Shown piece by piece: positions 8,190 through 18,667 of a stretch of DNA of 64,000 nucleotides. The position numbers were made by a program, and so were the translations under genes. Each line of letters starts with the position of its first letter. The first letter of the stretch is position 1. Source of the DNA: a marine bacterium B5-7 (GTDB taxonomy: Bacteria > Pseudomonadota > Gammaproteobacteria > Arenicellales > CAJQKF01). A model generated the notes under the pieces. That model did not search any database. It was not told the origin of the DNA and was given only the letters and a program-made list of their open reading frames with translations. The stretch is taken from positions 24,282 to 88,281 of the forward strand of contig BQJD01000002.1 of assembly GCA_021604525.1 (NCBI GenBank), read 5' to 3'.

Positions 8190-11100
8190 TCAAGCGCCTA
8201 CTGCCAGATCAACGTCGGCGTGCTTGTCGTGGCGATCCTGCATCCGCTCCAACGCCTTGCGGTATTCCACCGGCATCACTTTGACGAAACGTAAACGGTA
8301 ATGATCCCAATCGGCGAGGATCTCGGCAGCCCGTGCGCTGCCAGTATATTGTCGGTGTCGTTCGATTAATGTTTTCAAACGATTCTGATCATTGCCGCTC
8401 ATGTCCGTCATGATATCGACCAAACCATGAGACTCGAGGTCACCGCCCTGGTGCGCTTCGCGCTCCAGTGCAATATCTTCATCGGCAATTGGCTCGAGTT
8501 CCACCATCGCCATGTTACATCGCATCTCGAAGTGACCATCCGTATCGAGCACATAAGCGATACCGCCACTCATACCCGCAGCGAAGTTGCGCCCGGTTTG
8601 ACCGAGTACCACCACACAGCCGCCCGTCATATATTCGCAGCCATGATCGCCAACACCTTCAACCACTGCGCTGGCGCCTGAGTTGCGTACACAAAACCGC
8701 TCCCCTGCAACCCCGGCAAAGTACACTTCACCGGAGATGGCGCCATACATCACGGTGTTACCGACAATAATGTTCTCATCAGCCTTGAGTCGGCTATCAG
8801 CAGATGGATAGACAATGATTCGTCCGCCTGAGAGTCCTTTACCCGTATAGTCGTTGGCTTCGCCCGCTAATTCGAGGGTGATACCACGAGCCAGAAATGC
8901 ACCGAAACTCTGACCACCGTTACCGCGGGCCCTGATGATTATGGTGTCGTCCTTGAGGCCGGCATGACCGTAACGTCGAGCGACTTCACCGGATAACATG
9001 GCACCTACGGTACGATTGGTATTGGCTACCTCGACTTCAATTCGCACCGGCTCCTGGGTCTCAAGCGCCCTTTGAGCCTGTTCGATCAATTGATGATCCA
9101 GCGCCTTGTCGAGACCATGATCCTGCAAATCAGTGTTGTAGATAGATACATCATCTGTCGCATCGGGAACGGTGAATACCCCGGTAAAGTCGAGTCCACT
9201 GGCCTTGAAATGTTCGACTGCCTGGCGAACATTCAACCGATCGGCATGTCCGATCATCTCGTTGAATGTTCGGTAGCCGAGTTTTGCCATCCATTCACGG
9301 GTTTCCTCGGCAATAAACATGAAGAAATTAACGACATCTTCAGGTTTGCCGACAAAGCGCTTGCGCAATTTCGGATCCTGCGTTGCGACACCCACCGGGC
9401 AGGTATTCAAATGACACTTGCGCATCATGATGCAACCGGAACTGATGAGTGCAATGGTGCCGAAACCGACTTCGTCAGCACCAAGCAATGCGGCAATGGC
9501 AACATCACGTCCGGTTCGCATACCACCATCAGCCTGCACCGCTATGCGTCCGCGCAGGTTGTTCATCACCAGGGTCTGATGGGTCTCGGCAAGCCCGATC
9601 TCCCATTCTGATCCAGCATGCATAGTGGAGGTCAACGGACTCGCGCCGGTGCCCCCTTCAGAGCCCGAGATCAGCACATGATCAGCGTGCGCCTTGGAGA
9701 CTCCCGCTGCGATGGTGCCCACACCCACCTCGGACACCAGTTTGACGCTGATACGCGCTCGGGGATTCACGTTCTTAAGATCGTGAATCAACTGCGCGAG
9801 ATCCTCGATGGAGTAGATATCATGATGCGGTGGTGGTGAGATCAGTCCGACGCCGGGGGTTGAGTGACGCACCCGGGCAATCCATTCATTGACCTTGTGA
9901 CCAGGAAGCTGACCGCCTTCCCCAGGCTTGGCACCCTGTGCCATTTTGATCTGGATATCGTCGGCATTAACGAGGTATTCGGCATGTACGCCAAAACGTC
10001 CGGAGGCGATTTGCTTGACTCGCGAACGCATGGAGTCACCGTTAGGAAGCGGTTTGTACCGCTCAGCTTCTTCACCACCCTCACCCGTATTGGAGCGTCC
10101 ACCGATCCGATTCATGGCAATTGCCAGGTTGGTGTGCGCCTCCCAGGAAATCGAACCGAATGACATGGCGCCTGTCGCGAATCGCTTGACGATCTCGCTG
10201 GCCGGTTCAACCTCGTCAAGCGGTACCGGATCACGGTCGAAATTAAACTCGAACAAACCGCGCAGGTTTTTAACATGGTTGCCGGGATTGTCCATGATTG
10301 ACGAGTATTCCTTGAATCTCGCGTAATCACCTGAACGCACCGCATGCTGAAGCTTTGAGACCGTCTTCGGCGTCCACACATGATCTTCGCCGCGCAACCT
10401 GAACGCCAGTTCACCACCCACATCGAGAGCATCCACAAGGGTTGGATCGTTGCCGAAGGCCAGATTGTGACGACGCACGGTTTCCTCGGCGATATACTCA
10501 ATTCCGATTCCTTCCACCGCGGTAGCCGTTCCCGTGAAGTAGGTGGCGACGAACTCCGATGACAAACCCACCGCATCGAAGATTTGCGCTCCGCAGTATG
10601 ATTGATAGGTGGAGATACCCATCTTCGACATCACCTTCATCATGCCTTTACTGATGGCTTTCAGATAGCGTGTATGAGCATCTTCCAGTGACACCGATAC
10701 ATCGAGATTCGGCAGCAGTTGCGAGATGCTGTCGAGAGCGAGATAGGGGTTGATCGCTTCAGCGCCGAATCCGGCAAGCAGACAGAAGTCGTGCACCTGA
10801 CGTGCTTCGCCAGTCTCCACCACCAGGCCGACATCGGTGCGCAGCCCCTCACGAATAAGGTAGTGATGCACAGCGCCTGTGGCAAGCAGTGACGGGATGG
10901 CGATGTTGTCCATATCAACAGCGCGATCGGACAGAATCAGAATATTGAATCCACGTTCTTCAACCAGTCGTTTGGTCTTGAGACACAAACTTTCGATCGC
11001 TGCCGCCATTCCATCGGCACCCGCACTTGCAGGGTAGACAAGCTCCATAGTGTAGGTACGGAATGTGCTCTGCTCGAAGTCTTCGATGCGGCGGATTTTT

Positions 11101-12839
11101 TCCAGCTCAACACTCGATAATATCGGCTGACGAACCTCCAGGCGCTTATTCTTGCCTCCACTGGTGAGATCAAGCAGATTGGGACGTGGACCGATAAGCG
11201 ATACCAGCGACATCACCAGTTCTTCACGAATCGGGTCGATGGGCGGATTGGTTACCTGGGCAAAGTTCTGTTTGAAATAGTCAAACAGCATCTTCGGCCG
11301 ATGCGACAGCACCGCAGGCGGAATATCACGGCCCATGGACCCCACCGGATCCTGTCCGCTGATTGCCATCGGCTTCAAGAAAAATTCGAGATCCTCGCGA
11401 CTGTAGCCGAAGGCTTGCTGACGATCCAGCAGGGTCGCTGGATCAGGCACCATCGCCGGAACTTCCGCCGGCACGTCCTCGAGCTTGATCTGGGTCTCGT
11501 CGAGCCAGCGCTGGTAAGGTTTGGCGGTAGCGAGTTCTTCCTTGATTTCCTCGTCGTCGATGATGCGACCCTGCTCGAGATCGATGAGAAACATCCGCCC
11601 CGGCTGCAATCGCCATTTCTTGACGATCTTCTCTTCGGGAATATCGAGTACACCCATCTCCGAGGCCATTACCACCGTGTCATCACTGGTGATGAGATAG
11701 CGCGCCGGCCGCAGGCCGTTGCGGTCGAGCGTTGCGCCAATCTGGCGGCCGTCGGAAAATGCTACGGCTGCCGGACCATCCCACGGCTCCATCAACGCCG
11801 CGTGGTATTCATAAAATGCCCGACGCTTGTCGTCCATCAACGGGTTGTCGAGCCATGCTTCGGGAATCATCAACATGACCGCATGGGCCAGCGAATAACC
11901 ACCGGCTACCAGCAACTCAAGGGAGTTGTCAAAGGTGGCGGAATCGGAATTGCCGTCGCCGATCAATGGCCAGAGTTTTTCGAGATCATCACCAAGCAGT
12001 TCCGAGCGCATGTTATGTCGCCTGGCCAACATCCAGTTGATGTTGCCGCGCACGGTATTTATCTCACCGTTGTGGCACAGGTACCGAAAAGGTTGCGCCA
12101 ATTCCCAGCTTGGAAATGTGTTGGTGGAAAATCGTTGATGAACAAGGGCCAGCGCTGATTCAACCCGCTCATCGTTGAGGTCAAGGTAATAGTTGGGCAG
12201 GTTGGCAGCCAGTACCATACCTTTGTACAGCAGGGTGCGCGCCGACATCGACGCCACATAGAATTGTTCGTGGCCTTCCGGTGCCAAACGGTGAATCCGA
12301 AAATGCGCCTGTTTGCGAATAACAAACAGCTTGCGTTCAAATGCGTCGGTGTCTGCGCAATTGTCGCCCCGCGCGATAACAAACTGACGAATCACCGGCT
12401 CCATGGGCTTGACACTGAAACCCAGGCAGCTATTGTCTGTGGGCACATCCCGCCAGCCGATGACCCGCTGACCTTCTTCAGCCGCCATCTGCTCAAGTGC
12501 GAATTCACATTCCTTGCGAGTTGATGAAATACGCGGCATGAATACCATGCCCACGGCATAATCGCCGTAGGCTGGCAGATCCAGTCCAAGCGCCTGACAC
12601 TCTTCGCGTATCAGTCGATCAGGCATCTGGATAAGAATGCCTGCGCCATCGCCGGCCAGCGAATCCGCACCCACCGCGCCGCGGTGAGTGAGATTGGCGA
12701 GAATGGTCAAACCGTCACGAACGATTTTGTGACTCTTGCGATTCTTGATGTCGGCAACAAACCCAACACCACAGGAGTCGTGCTCGTTGCGCGGATCATA
12801 CAGGCCGAATGCGGCCTGTCGTTTAACACCTGTAACCAT
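8190..12839 (-). CDS. gltB: Glutamate synthase (NADPH) large subunit
   Basis: 1549 aa. The amidotransferase N-terminus has a propeptide and catalytic Cys ([12 protein letters not shown]). FMN/central domains and the C-terminal GXGXG-rich domain are recognisable. Paired with gltD. Confidence 0.95.
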   Translation of the reverse strand: MVTGVKRQAAFGLYDPRNEHDSCGVGFVADIKNRKSHKIVRDGLTILANLTHRGAVGADSLAGDGAGILIQMPDRLIREECQALGLDLPAYGDYAVGMVFMPRISSTRKECEFALEQMAAEEGQRVIGWRDVPTDNSCLGFSVKPMEPVIRQFVIARGDNCADTDAFERKLFVIRKQAHFRIHRLAPEGHEQFYVASMSARTLLYKGMVLAANLPNYYLDLNDERVESALALVHQRFSTNTFPSWELAQPFRYLCHNGEINTVRGNINWMLARRHNMRSELLGDDLEKLWPLIGDGNSDSATFDNSLELLVAGGYSLAHAVMLMIPEAWLDNPLMDDKRRAFYEYHAALMEPWDGPAAVAFSDGRQIGATLDRNGLRPARYLITSDDTVVMASEMGVLDIPEEKIVKKWRLQPGRMFLIDLEQGRIIDDEEIKEELATAKPYQRWLDETQIKLEDVPAEVPAMVPDPATLLDRQQAFGYSREDLEFFLKPMAISGQDPVGSMGRDIPPAVLSHRPKMLFDYFKQNFAQVTNPPIDPIREELVMSLVSLIGPRPNLLDLTSGGKNKRLEVRQPILSSVELEKIRRIEDFEQSTFRTYTMELVYPASAGADGMAAAIESLCLKTKRLVEERGFNILILSDRAVDMDNIAIPSLLATGAVHHYLIREGLRTDVGLVVETGEARQVHDFCLLAGFGAEAINPYLALDSISQLLPNLDVSVSLEDAHTRYLKAISKGMMKVMSKMGISTYQSYCGAQIFDAVGLSSEFVATYFTGTATAVEGIGIEYIAEETVRRHNLAFGNDPTLVDALDVGGELAFRLRGEDHVWTPKTVSKLQHAVRSGDYARFKEYSSIMDNPGNHVKNLRGLFEFNFDRDPVPLDEVEPASEIVKRFATGAMSFGSISWEAHTNLAIAMNRIGGRSNTGEGGEEAERYKPLPNGDSMRSRVKQIASGRFGVHAEYLVNADDIQIKMAQGAKPGEGGQLPGHKVNEWIARVRHSTPGVGLISPPPHHDIYSIEDLAQLIHDLKNVNPRARISVKLVSEVGVGTIAAGVSKAHADHVLISGSEGGTGASPLTSTMHAGSEWEIGLAETHQTLVMNNLRGRIAVQADGGMRTGRDVAIAALLGADEVGFGTIALISSGCIMMRKCHLNTCPVGVATQDPKLRKRFVGKPEDVVNFFMFIAEETREWMAKLGYRTFNEMIGHADRLNVRQAVEHFKASGLDFTGVFTVPDATDDVSIYNTDLQDHGLDKALDHQLIEQAQRALETQEPVRIEVEVANTNRTVGAMLSGEVARRYGHAGLKDDTIIIRARGNGGQSFGAFLARGITLELAGEANDYTGKGLSGGRIIVYPSADSRLKADENIIVGNTVMYGAISGEVYFAGVAGERFCVRNSGASAVVEGVGDHGCEYMTGGCVVVLGQTGRNFAAGMSGGIAYVLDTDGHFEMRCNMAMVELEPIADEDIALEREAHQGGDLESHGLVDIMTDMSGNDQNRLKTLIERHRQYTGSARAAEILADWDHYRLRFVKVMPVEYRKALERMQDRHDKHADVDLAVGA

Positions 12840-13160
12840 ATGAGACCTCAGTTTCTCCGGCGCAGTCCTTCCCCCATTGCGTTACGGGCGCATCGGGTAG
12901 TTAATCTGAGACAATTCAAACCGGGCGTGCAGAGCGGCGATGCGCCGCACAATAAATTTCGCGAACCTCACAAGATAACGGGATTCTGTAAAATAATCCA
13001 GCCCCGTTAATTGCCGCGCAGTGTATAAAGAAAGTTAATAATCCGTGGATTGTAGAATACATCGATGCGAATCTCTGCGTTATCCATTAACATCGCCTAA
13101 ACCCTTATAATTACAAATGTTTTACGCCACTACACCCTATTTTACGGCGGTATACACCCG

Positions 13161-14144
13161 GTGACAGTCAGCCGCCCGGCATTATTGGCGATTCTCATCC
13201 CGGCCGCGTTTGCAATCATCGTCTGGTCCCTATCTACCGGCACCATCGATATCCCCCTAAGGGATGTTTTAACCGCCCTGACCGGTACCGACAGCACCCA
13301 TGCCATGGTCATTCGGGAGATTCGGGCGCCGCGCACACTCGGCGGGTTTCTAGCTGGTGCGATGCTGGCCTTGGCTGGCGCGATGTTGCAGGTGTTATTG
13401 CGCAACCCGTTGGCCGACCCATATGTTCTGGGAATCTCCGGTGGCGCGTCGGTAGCTGCGCTCGCCGTCATGCTAACCGGTGCCGGATTCGTGGGCATTT
13501 CATTCGCGGCAACCACCGGTGCCGCTCTGGCTACCGCGCTGGTGTTTGCCCTCGCCTATGGCCGCGGTGTGTGGTCGTCTACCCGGTTGTTATTGACCGG
13601 GGTGGTATTGGCCTCGGGTTGGGGCGCACTCATCAGCTTTTTACTATCGATCAGTGAAGAGCATCAAGTCTTCGGCATGTTGTTCTGGCTTATGGGGGAC
13701 CTCGGCAATGCCCGCCCGGGATGGGCCAGCATTGCTGTATTAATCGTCGTGGCCATAGTTGCCATGCTCAATGCAAGGGATATGAATCTGGTAGCTACAG
13801 GCGAGCTGCGGGCGCGCTCATTAGGCGTGAATGTCCAGAAACTTCGAATCACCTTGTTTCTGGCGACCTCCATCCTCACTGCCGCCGCAGTCACCCTGGC
13901 CGGCACTATCGGCTTCGTCGGACTGGTGGTTCCACACATGATTCGTCTCATCGGCGGTACGGATCACCGTAGCCTGCTACCGGCGAGCCTGTTGGCTGGC
14001 GGTTCCCTGGTGGTCGCCGCCGACACCCTGGCGCGTACGCTACTGGCGCCGCGCGAACTGCCGGTTGGAGTCGTCACCGCATTTATCGGTGTGCCTTTGT
14101 TTCTGGTATTGCTGCGCAAGACTTTGTCGCGGAGTCTGCCGTGA
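13161..14144 (+). CDS. FecCD/BtuC-family ABC permease (iron-siderophore/cobalamin type)
   Basis: 327 aa and polytopic. Family-typical stretches: REIRAPRTLGGFLAGAMLALAGAMLQ.LLRNPLADPYVLGISGGAS and HMIRLIGGTDHR.LLPAS.L.GG. Overlaps the ATPase gene by 4 bp (GTGA). Confidence 0.85.
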   Translation: MTVSRPALLAILIPAAFAIIVWSLSTGTIDIPLRDVLTALTGTDSTHAMVIREIRAPRTLGGFLAGAMLALAGAMLQVLLRNPLADPYVLGISGGASVAALAVMLTGAGFVGISFAATTGAALATALVFALAYGRGVWSSTRLLLTGVVLASGWGALISFLLSISEEHQVFGMLFWLMGDLGNARPGWASIAVLIVVAIVAMLNARDMNLVATGELRARSLGVNVQKLRITLFLATSILTAAAVTLAGTIGFVGLVVPHMIRLIGGTDHRSLLPASLLAGGSLVVAADTLARTLLAPRELPVGVVTAFIGVPLFLVLLRKTLSRSLP

Positions 14145-14908
14145 GTCTTTTAAGTACCGACCGGCTATCGGTCCGCATTGGCGATATTAAGGTATGTCGA
14201 GATCTTGATATTGAGGTCGATGCCGGCGACATCATCGCCATTGTAGGCGCCAACGGCACAGGTAAAACCACCCTGTTGCATACCCTCGCCGGTCTTCGTG
14301 AGCCAAGCCACGGTGCAGTTCATCTGCAAGACCAGCCGATACAAAACCTGAGCGGTCGACAACGCGCGCTTGTCCTCGGCATACTTTTTCAAAACATTGC
14401 TGACCCGCTCTATTCCAACGTCCTTGAAACCGTTCTGACAGGTCGTCATCCACATCTGCCACCACTGTCGAACGAGACCGACGAGGACAGGCTTATTGCC
14501 CGTGAAGCATTACGCGCCACCGGCATTGTTGAGAAAGCACATTTACCAGTGTCCGTGTTATCCGGTGGTGAAAAAACCCGGGTCGCCCTGGCAGCACTGT
14601 TAACCCAGCAACCACGAATCTGTCTGCTGGATGAACCCAATGCTCATCTCGATCTGCACTACCAGATACGGTTATTGGATCTCATGGTCGACTATTTACA
14701 CGAGCACAACGGATGCGCCGTGTGGGTGTTGCATGACGTCAACCTGGCCATACGTTATTGTCATAAGGCACTGTTACTCTTCGGCAACGGAGAAACCTGT
14801 TTTGGCGATGCCGATACGGTGCTGACTACGGAGCAACTTACCCGACTGTATGGACAACGCATGCTGGAAATACGCGATGGCAAACGGCGCTGTTTTATTC
14901 CCGCTTAA
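14141..14908 (+). CDS. ABC transporter ATP-binding protein (FecE/BtuD/HmuV-like)
   Basis: Walker A GANGTGKTT, signature LSGGEKTR, Walker B ICLLDEP. Translationally coupled to the FecCD permease. Confidence 0.85.
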   Translation: MSLLSTDRLSVRIGDIKVCRDLDIEVDAGDIIAIVGANGTGKTTLLHTLAGLREPSHGAVHLQDQPIQNLSGRQRALVLGILFQNIADPLYSNVLETVLTGRHPHLPPLSNETDEDRLIAREALRATGIVEKAHLPVSVLSGGEKTRVALAALLTQQPRICLLDEPNAHLDLHYQIRLLDLMVDYLHEHNGCAVWVLHDVNLAIRYCHKALLLFGNGETCFGDADTVLTTEQLTRLYGQRMLEIRDGKRRCFIPA

Positions 14909-16116
14909 GGCCTTTTTTGATTGAATGATGACGGGCTGCAGCCATTTTGAGACAGGTTCCAGGTCGTCAATCGCGGAACCAGTCCTTCTATCATATCGAG
15001 ACACAGTTGTACCTGGTCGAAGTCAACATACTCATCCGGCTTGTGAGCCTGGGAAATCGATCCGGGCCCGCAGACCACCGTCGAGATATCCTTCTCCTGG
15101 AACAATCCGGCTTCTGTACTGAAGCTGACTACAGACTTTTCTGTATCCCCGGTTAATTCGCGCGCGACTTTCAATGCTTCTGAATGTGGCATCGGCTCAA
15201 GTCCGGCGACCTCCCCGATCACATGGGTAAAAACCTTGGCATCGACATGGCGCGCCTGCATTTCCCTTGCCAGATAATTGTTGGCATAGTGATGAATCTT
15301 ATCCAGTGCGAGACGTGCATCGGCACCATTCACCGGTCGCATTTCCCAGTCGACCTGACAATGACGCGGTATCACATTGCGAGCGATACCGCCTGACATC
15401 ATGCCGGTCTGGATGGTGGTCCAGGGCGGATCGAAGACACTATCGGTTGGCGCTCGTGTTTTTAACTCTTCAGCCACCTCCATAAGATAGGTGACGAAGC
15501 GAGCCGCATATTCAACAGCGTTCACTCCATGATCCGGCATTGAGCAGTGACCCTCGAGACCAGTGAATACGGTGTTGTATTCATAGCATCCCTTATGACC
15601 TTCAATCACACGCATGCCGGTGGGCTCCCCGACAATGCACATGGATGGCTTGTGACCACTGCGGTCCACCTGTTCGAGCATCAATGGTGCACCGAGACAA
15701 CCCACTTCCTCATCAAAGCTGAAAGCGAAATGGACCGGCTTAACCAGATCCGCCTCGCGGAACCTGGGCGCCATAGCTAGTGCGCATGCGATAAACGCCT
15801 TCATGTCACAGGCGCCGCGACCGTACATGCGTTCGCCGCGAATGACGGGCGTAAACGGGTCAACGCTCCAGGGTTGACCCTCTACCGGAACCACGTCGGT
15901 ATGTCCTGACAAGACGATACCGCCATCGGTGTCCGGACCGAGCGTGGCGAATAAATTCGCCTTGTTACGATCCGTGTCATACGTTAGTTCGATGTTCGCA
16001 CCGAGTGCTTGCAGTCGCTCACCGGCATAGTCTATGAGATTCATGTTCGAGTCGGACGAGATCGTCGGAAATGCAATCAGGTCGGAGAGAATTTCAATGC
16101 TTCGCTCAAGATTCAT
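14905..16116 (-). CDS. M20-family deacylase (acetylornithine deacetylase ArgE-like)
   Basis: 403 aa. Motifs LSGHTDVVPV, GRGACDMK, FSFDEEVG, GEPT, VVCGPGSISQAHKPDEYV align by eye along the whole length of E. coli ArgE. Confidence 0.75.
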   Translation of the reverse strand: MNLERSIEILSDLIAFPTISSDSNMNLIDYAGERLQALGANIELTYDTDRNKANLFATLGPDTDGGIVLSGHTDVVPVEGQPWSVDPFTPVIRGERMYGRGACDMKAFIACALAMAPRFREADLVKPVHFAFSFDEEVGCLGAPLMLEQVDRSGHKPSMCIVGEPTGMRVIEGHKGCYEYNTVFTGLEGHCSMPDHGVNAVEYAARFVTYLMEVAEELKTRAPTDSVFDPPWTTIQTGMMSGGIARNVIPRHCQVDWEMRPVNGADARLALDKIHHYANNYLAREMQARHVDAKVFTHVIGEVAGLEPMPHSEALKVARELTGDTEKSVVSFSTEAGLFQEKDISTVVCGPGSISQAHKPDEYVDFDQVQLCLDMIEGLVPRLTTWNLSQNGCSPSSFNQKRP

Positions 16117-16225
16117 GGCGCTACCTCATGCAACATCGGGCGACGATGCGCCGTTGATCCTTTGTCATTTTCAACATGCCTGTTAAAGACATCGCTTAAG
16201 TGAAAATTACCCGGGGAGTACAGAA

Positions 16226-17410
16226 TCATCGTTTGATAAACAGTTTACGGGGATAGTGAGCCAGACATTCGGCGGCACCATCATCGCGTATCAGTATGGT
16301 CTCGGTAATCTCGAGGCCCCAGGTTTTGGCCCACAGCCCCGGCATGAAGTGAAAGGTCATGCCCGGCTTGAGAACGCTTTGATCGGACTCTCTGAAGCTG
16401 ATGGTTCGTTCACCCCAGTCAGGCGGATAGGATAATCCGACCGGATAGCCGCAGCGACCTTCGCGATGAATCCCTGCCCGCTTCAGTGCCCCGTGAAAAG
16501 CCATGGCAACATCGCAGGCACGATTACCGGCGCGGGCGACGTCAAGACCTTCCTCCAGACCCTCGACCACGGCACGCTCGGCTTCTATCATGTCACGCGG
16601 TGGGTCGCCCAAATATATTGTTCGGCATAGCGGTGCATGATAGCGACGATAGCAACCCGCCAATTCGAAGAACGTACCGGCACCTGATTCCATCGGCTTA
16701 TCGTTCCAGGTGAGATGTGCTGCGGTCGCATCGAGCCCTGTCGGTGTGAGCGGAACAATGGCGGGATAGTCACCGCCAAATTCTTCAGTACCGCGAATAC
16801 CCTGATCGTAAATCTCTGCGACAAGATCGTTCTTGCGAATACCCGGCTCTACTTTATCAAGTACCCGGGCATGCATTTTCTCAACGATTTGCGCCGCGCG
16901 ACGCATGTATTCGATTTCTGTCGGCGATTTGATTGTACGCTGCCAATTTACCAGCGACGTAGCATCGATGAACTCGGCGTTGGGCAGATTGCGTTTCAAA
17001 CATTCATAGGCTGCCGCGGTAAAATAATAGTTCTCCATCTCCACACCAATACGACGCGATTTCAAGCCAAGCTCGTCAAAAACCATGCTCAAATGATCCA
17101 TGGCGTGCCGCTCTGTGCTTTGCACGTAGTCGTCGCTATATGTATGGATATGGGATTCGGGTATGTAGGCGGTGCGATGCGCGCCAAAGCCGTCCATCAA
17201 ACGACCCCACCAGCGTGGCACATCATCATGAGTCACGATAACCGCCTGATGTACATAGAACGACCAGCCATCGTATCCGGTAAGCCACGCCATGTTGGAT
17301 GGATCGGTTACAACAAGCACCTCGATGCCTGCGGCATCCATCGCCAGACGCACCTTGTTGAGTCTCGCGGCATACTCATCGCGGCCAAATGGCAGCGCTA
17401 CATCCGGCAT
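16226..17410 (-). CDS. M24-family hydrolase of the creatinase / ectoine-hydrolase (DoeA/EutD)-like branch
   Basis: 394 aa. It has a creatinase/prolidase-type N-domain (VVTDPSNMAWLTGYDGWSFY) and a pita-bread C-domain. The classical GHGxGxxxHE metal motif is replaced by GRCGYPVGLSYPPDWGE. Confidence 0.6.
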   Translation of the reverse strand: MPDVALPFGRDEYAARLNKVRLAMDAAGIEVLVVTDPSNMAWLTGYDGWSFYVHQAVIVTHDDVPRWWGRLMDGFGAHRTAYIPESHIHTYSDDYVQSTERHAMDHLSMVFDELGLKSRRIGVEMENYYFTAAAYECLKRNLPNAEFIDATSLVNWQRTIKSPTEIEYMRRAAQIVEKMHARVLDKVEPGIRKNDLVAEIYDQGIRGTEEFGGDYPAIVPLTPTGLDATAAHLTWNDKPMESGAGTFFELAGCYRRYHAPLCRTIYLGDPPRDMIEAERAVVEGLEEGLDVARAGNRACDVAMAFHGALKRAGIHREGRCGYPVGLSYPPDWGERTISFRESDQSVLKPGMTFHFMPGLWAKTWGLEITETILIRDDGAAECLAHYPRKLFIKR

Positions 17411-17663
17411 GATTCGTTCTCCTGTTCAACTTGCCGCGTTGCACCATGCAGTCACGGCCGACGAGTGTAGTGTACCAGTCAAAATTCCCATTGATACATC
17501 CAGGACACGACTCGTGTTGTTTTGGCATGTCAACTTTTCATGTCCAATAATGAAATCGGGTGTAGTTAGCCAACGAGTAGCATGACCATTACAATAAATG
17601 ACCACGTATATATTTCATCAGCGATGCAACCTGGCATTTCATGCCAGCATCAACCCGGGAGCC

Positions 17664-18659
17664 ATGAACGTGCATAACATACGTGTTATAAATGAGCAGC
17701 AACTCAGGGCATGCATTACTCTGGACAGTGATATTGTCGACGTTGTGGAAACGGCTTTCGTTGCTCTCGACTCAGGTGGCATAGTGATGCCACCGATCCT
17801 GTCGATGCCACTCACCGACATGAATGGCGAAGTTGATATTAAAACAGCCTACATTCCCGGCTTCGACGGTTTCGCCATCAAGATGAGTACGGGCTTTTTC
17901 GATAATCAATCGCGCGGCCTGCCAAGCCTTGGCGGATTGATGGTCGTATTCTCGGCAACCACCGGGCAGGTGGACGCTGTTTTACTCGACAATGGATATC
18001 TGACCGATGTCCGTACCGCGGCCGCCGGTGCAGTTGCCGCCCGGCATCTGGCGCCTGCCAAAGTTAAAGCTGCGACGGTGATTGGCAGTGGCCTGCAGGC
18101 GAGGATACAGATACGTGCTGCCCATCTGGTGCGAGAGCTCAAACAGGTCTTTGTGTGGGGACGGAATCGCGAAACCGCAGTCACCTGCGCTGCTGATATT
18201 GCCCTGGACCTCGGTTGTCAGGCAGAGGCAGTCACGGATCCTGCCGAGGCGATCGCGAAGAGCCAATTGGTGATCACAACCACTCCATCGCAACAACCGG
18301 TATTCAAGACCGAATGGCTACATCCGGGGCTGCATATCACTGCCATGGGCTCGGATACGGATCACAAAAACGAGATCGAGGCCGAGGTCTTCGCCCAAGC
18401 TGATCTGATAGTCTGCGACCGGGTCAGTCAGTGCGAAGTACTCGGTGAATTAAGATCTGCACGACAAGCGGGATTTTTTGTTAACACAACGCCACCGGAG
18501 CTGGGCGCGATTATTCGCGGTGTACATTGCGGACGTTCCAGCAACGAGGACATTACCGTTTGCGATCTGACCGGTACCGGCGCTCAGGACACCGCCATTG
18601 CCACCGTGGCATTAAAACGCGCCCGTGATTCAGGCGTTGGGACAATCATCGAGACCTGA
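17664..18659 (+). CDS. Ornithine cyclodeaminase / mu-crystallin family protein
   Basis: The ORF 17598-18659 probably starts at the internal MNVHNIRVINEQQL. Family motifs: YLTDVRTAAAGAVAARHLA, VIGSGLQAR and TAMGSDTDHKNEI. Confidence 0.75.
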   Translation: MNVHNIRVINEQQLRACITLDSDIVDVVETAFVALDSGGIVMPPILSMPLTDMNGEVDIKTAYIPGFDGFAIKMSTGFFDNQSRGLPSLGGLMVVFSATTGQVDAVLLDNGYLTDVRTAAAGAVAARHLAPAKVKAATVIGSGLQARIQIRAAHLVRELKQVFVWGRNRETAVTCAADIALDLGCQAEAVTDPAEAIAKSQLVITTTPSQQPVFKTEWLHPGLHITAMGSDTDHKNEIEAEVFAQADLIVCDRVSQCEVLGELRSARQAGFFVNTTPPELGAIIRGVHCGRSSNEDITVCDLTGTGAQDTAIATVALKRARDSGVGTIIET

Positions 18660-18667
18660 ACCCGTAA

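Noticed and set aside
11301-12158. 285-aa plus-strand ORF, along with many other 60-180-aa ORFs inside 8190-12839
   Set aside because: It is antisense to the very confidently assigned gltB. Its composition is Arg/His/Gly-rich and low-complexity, typical of shadow ORFs in GC-biased coding DNA.
12840-13160. Looked for a cobalamin riboswitch, Fur box or a substrate-binding-protein gene associated with the FecCD/ATPase pair
   Set aside because: No B12-box-like element or obvious Fur palindrome is visible by eye, and no SBP gene is adjacent. The absence of the SBP is noted, but the gene may simply lie elsewhere, so I do not treat it as significant.
16715-17470. 251-aa plus-strand ORF
   Set aside because: It lies entirely antisense to the M24 hydrolase gene, has no recognisable motifs, and is a shadow ORF.
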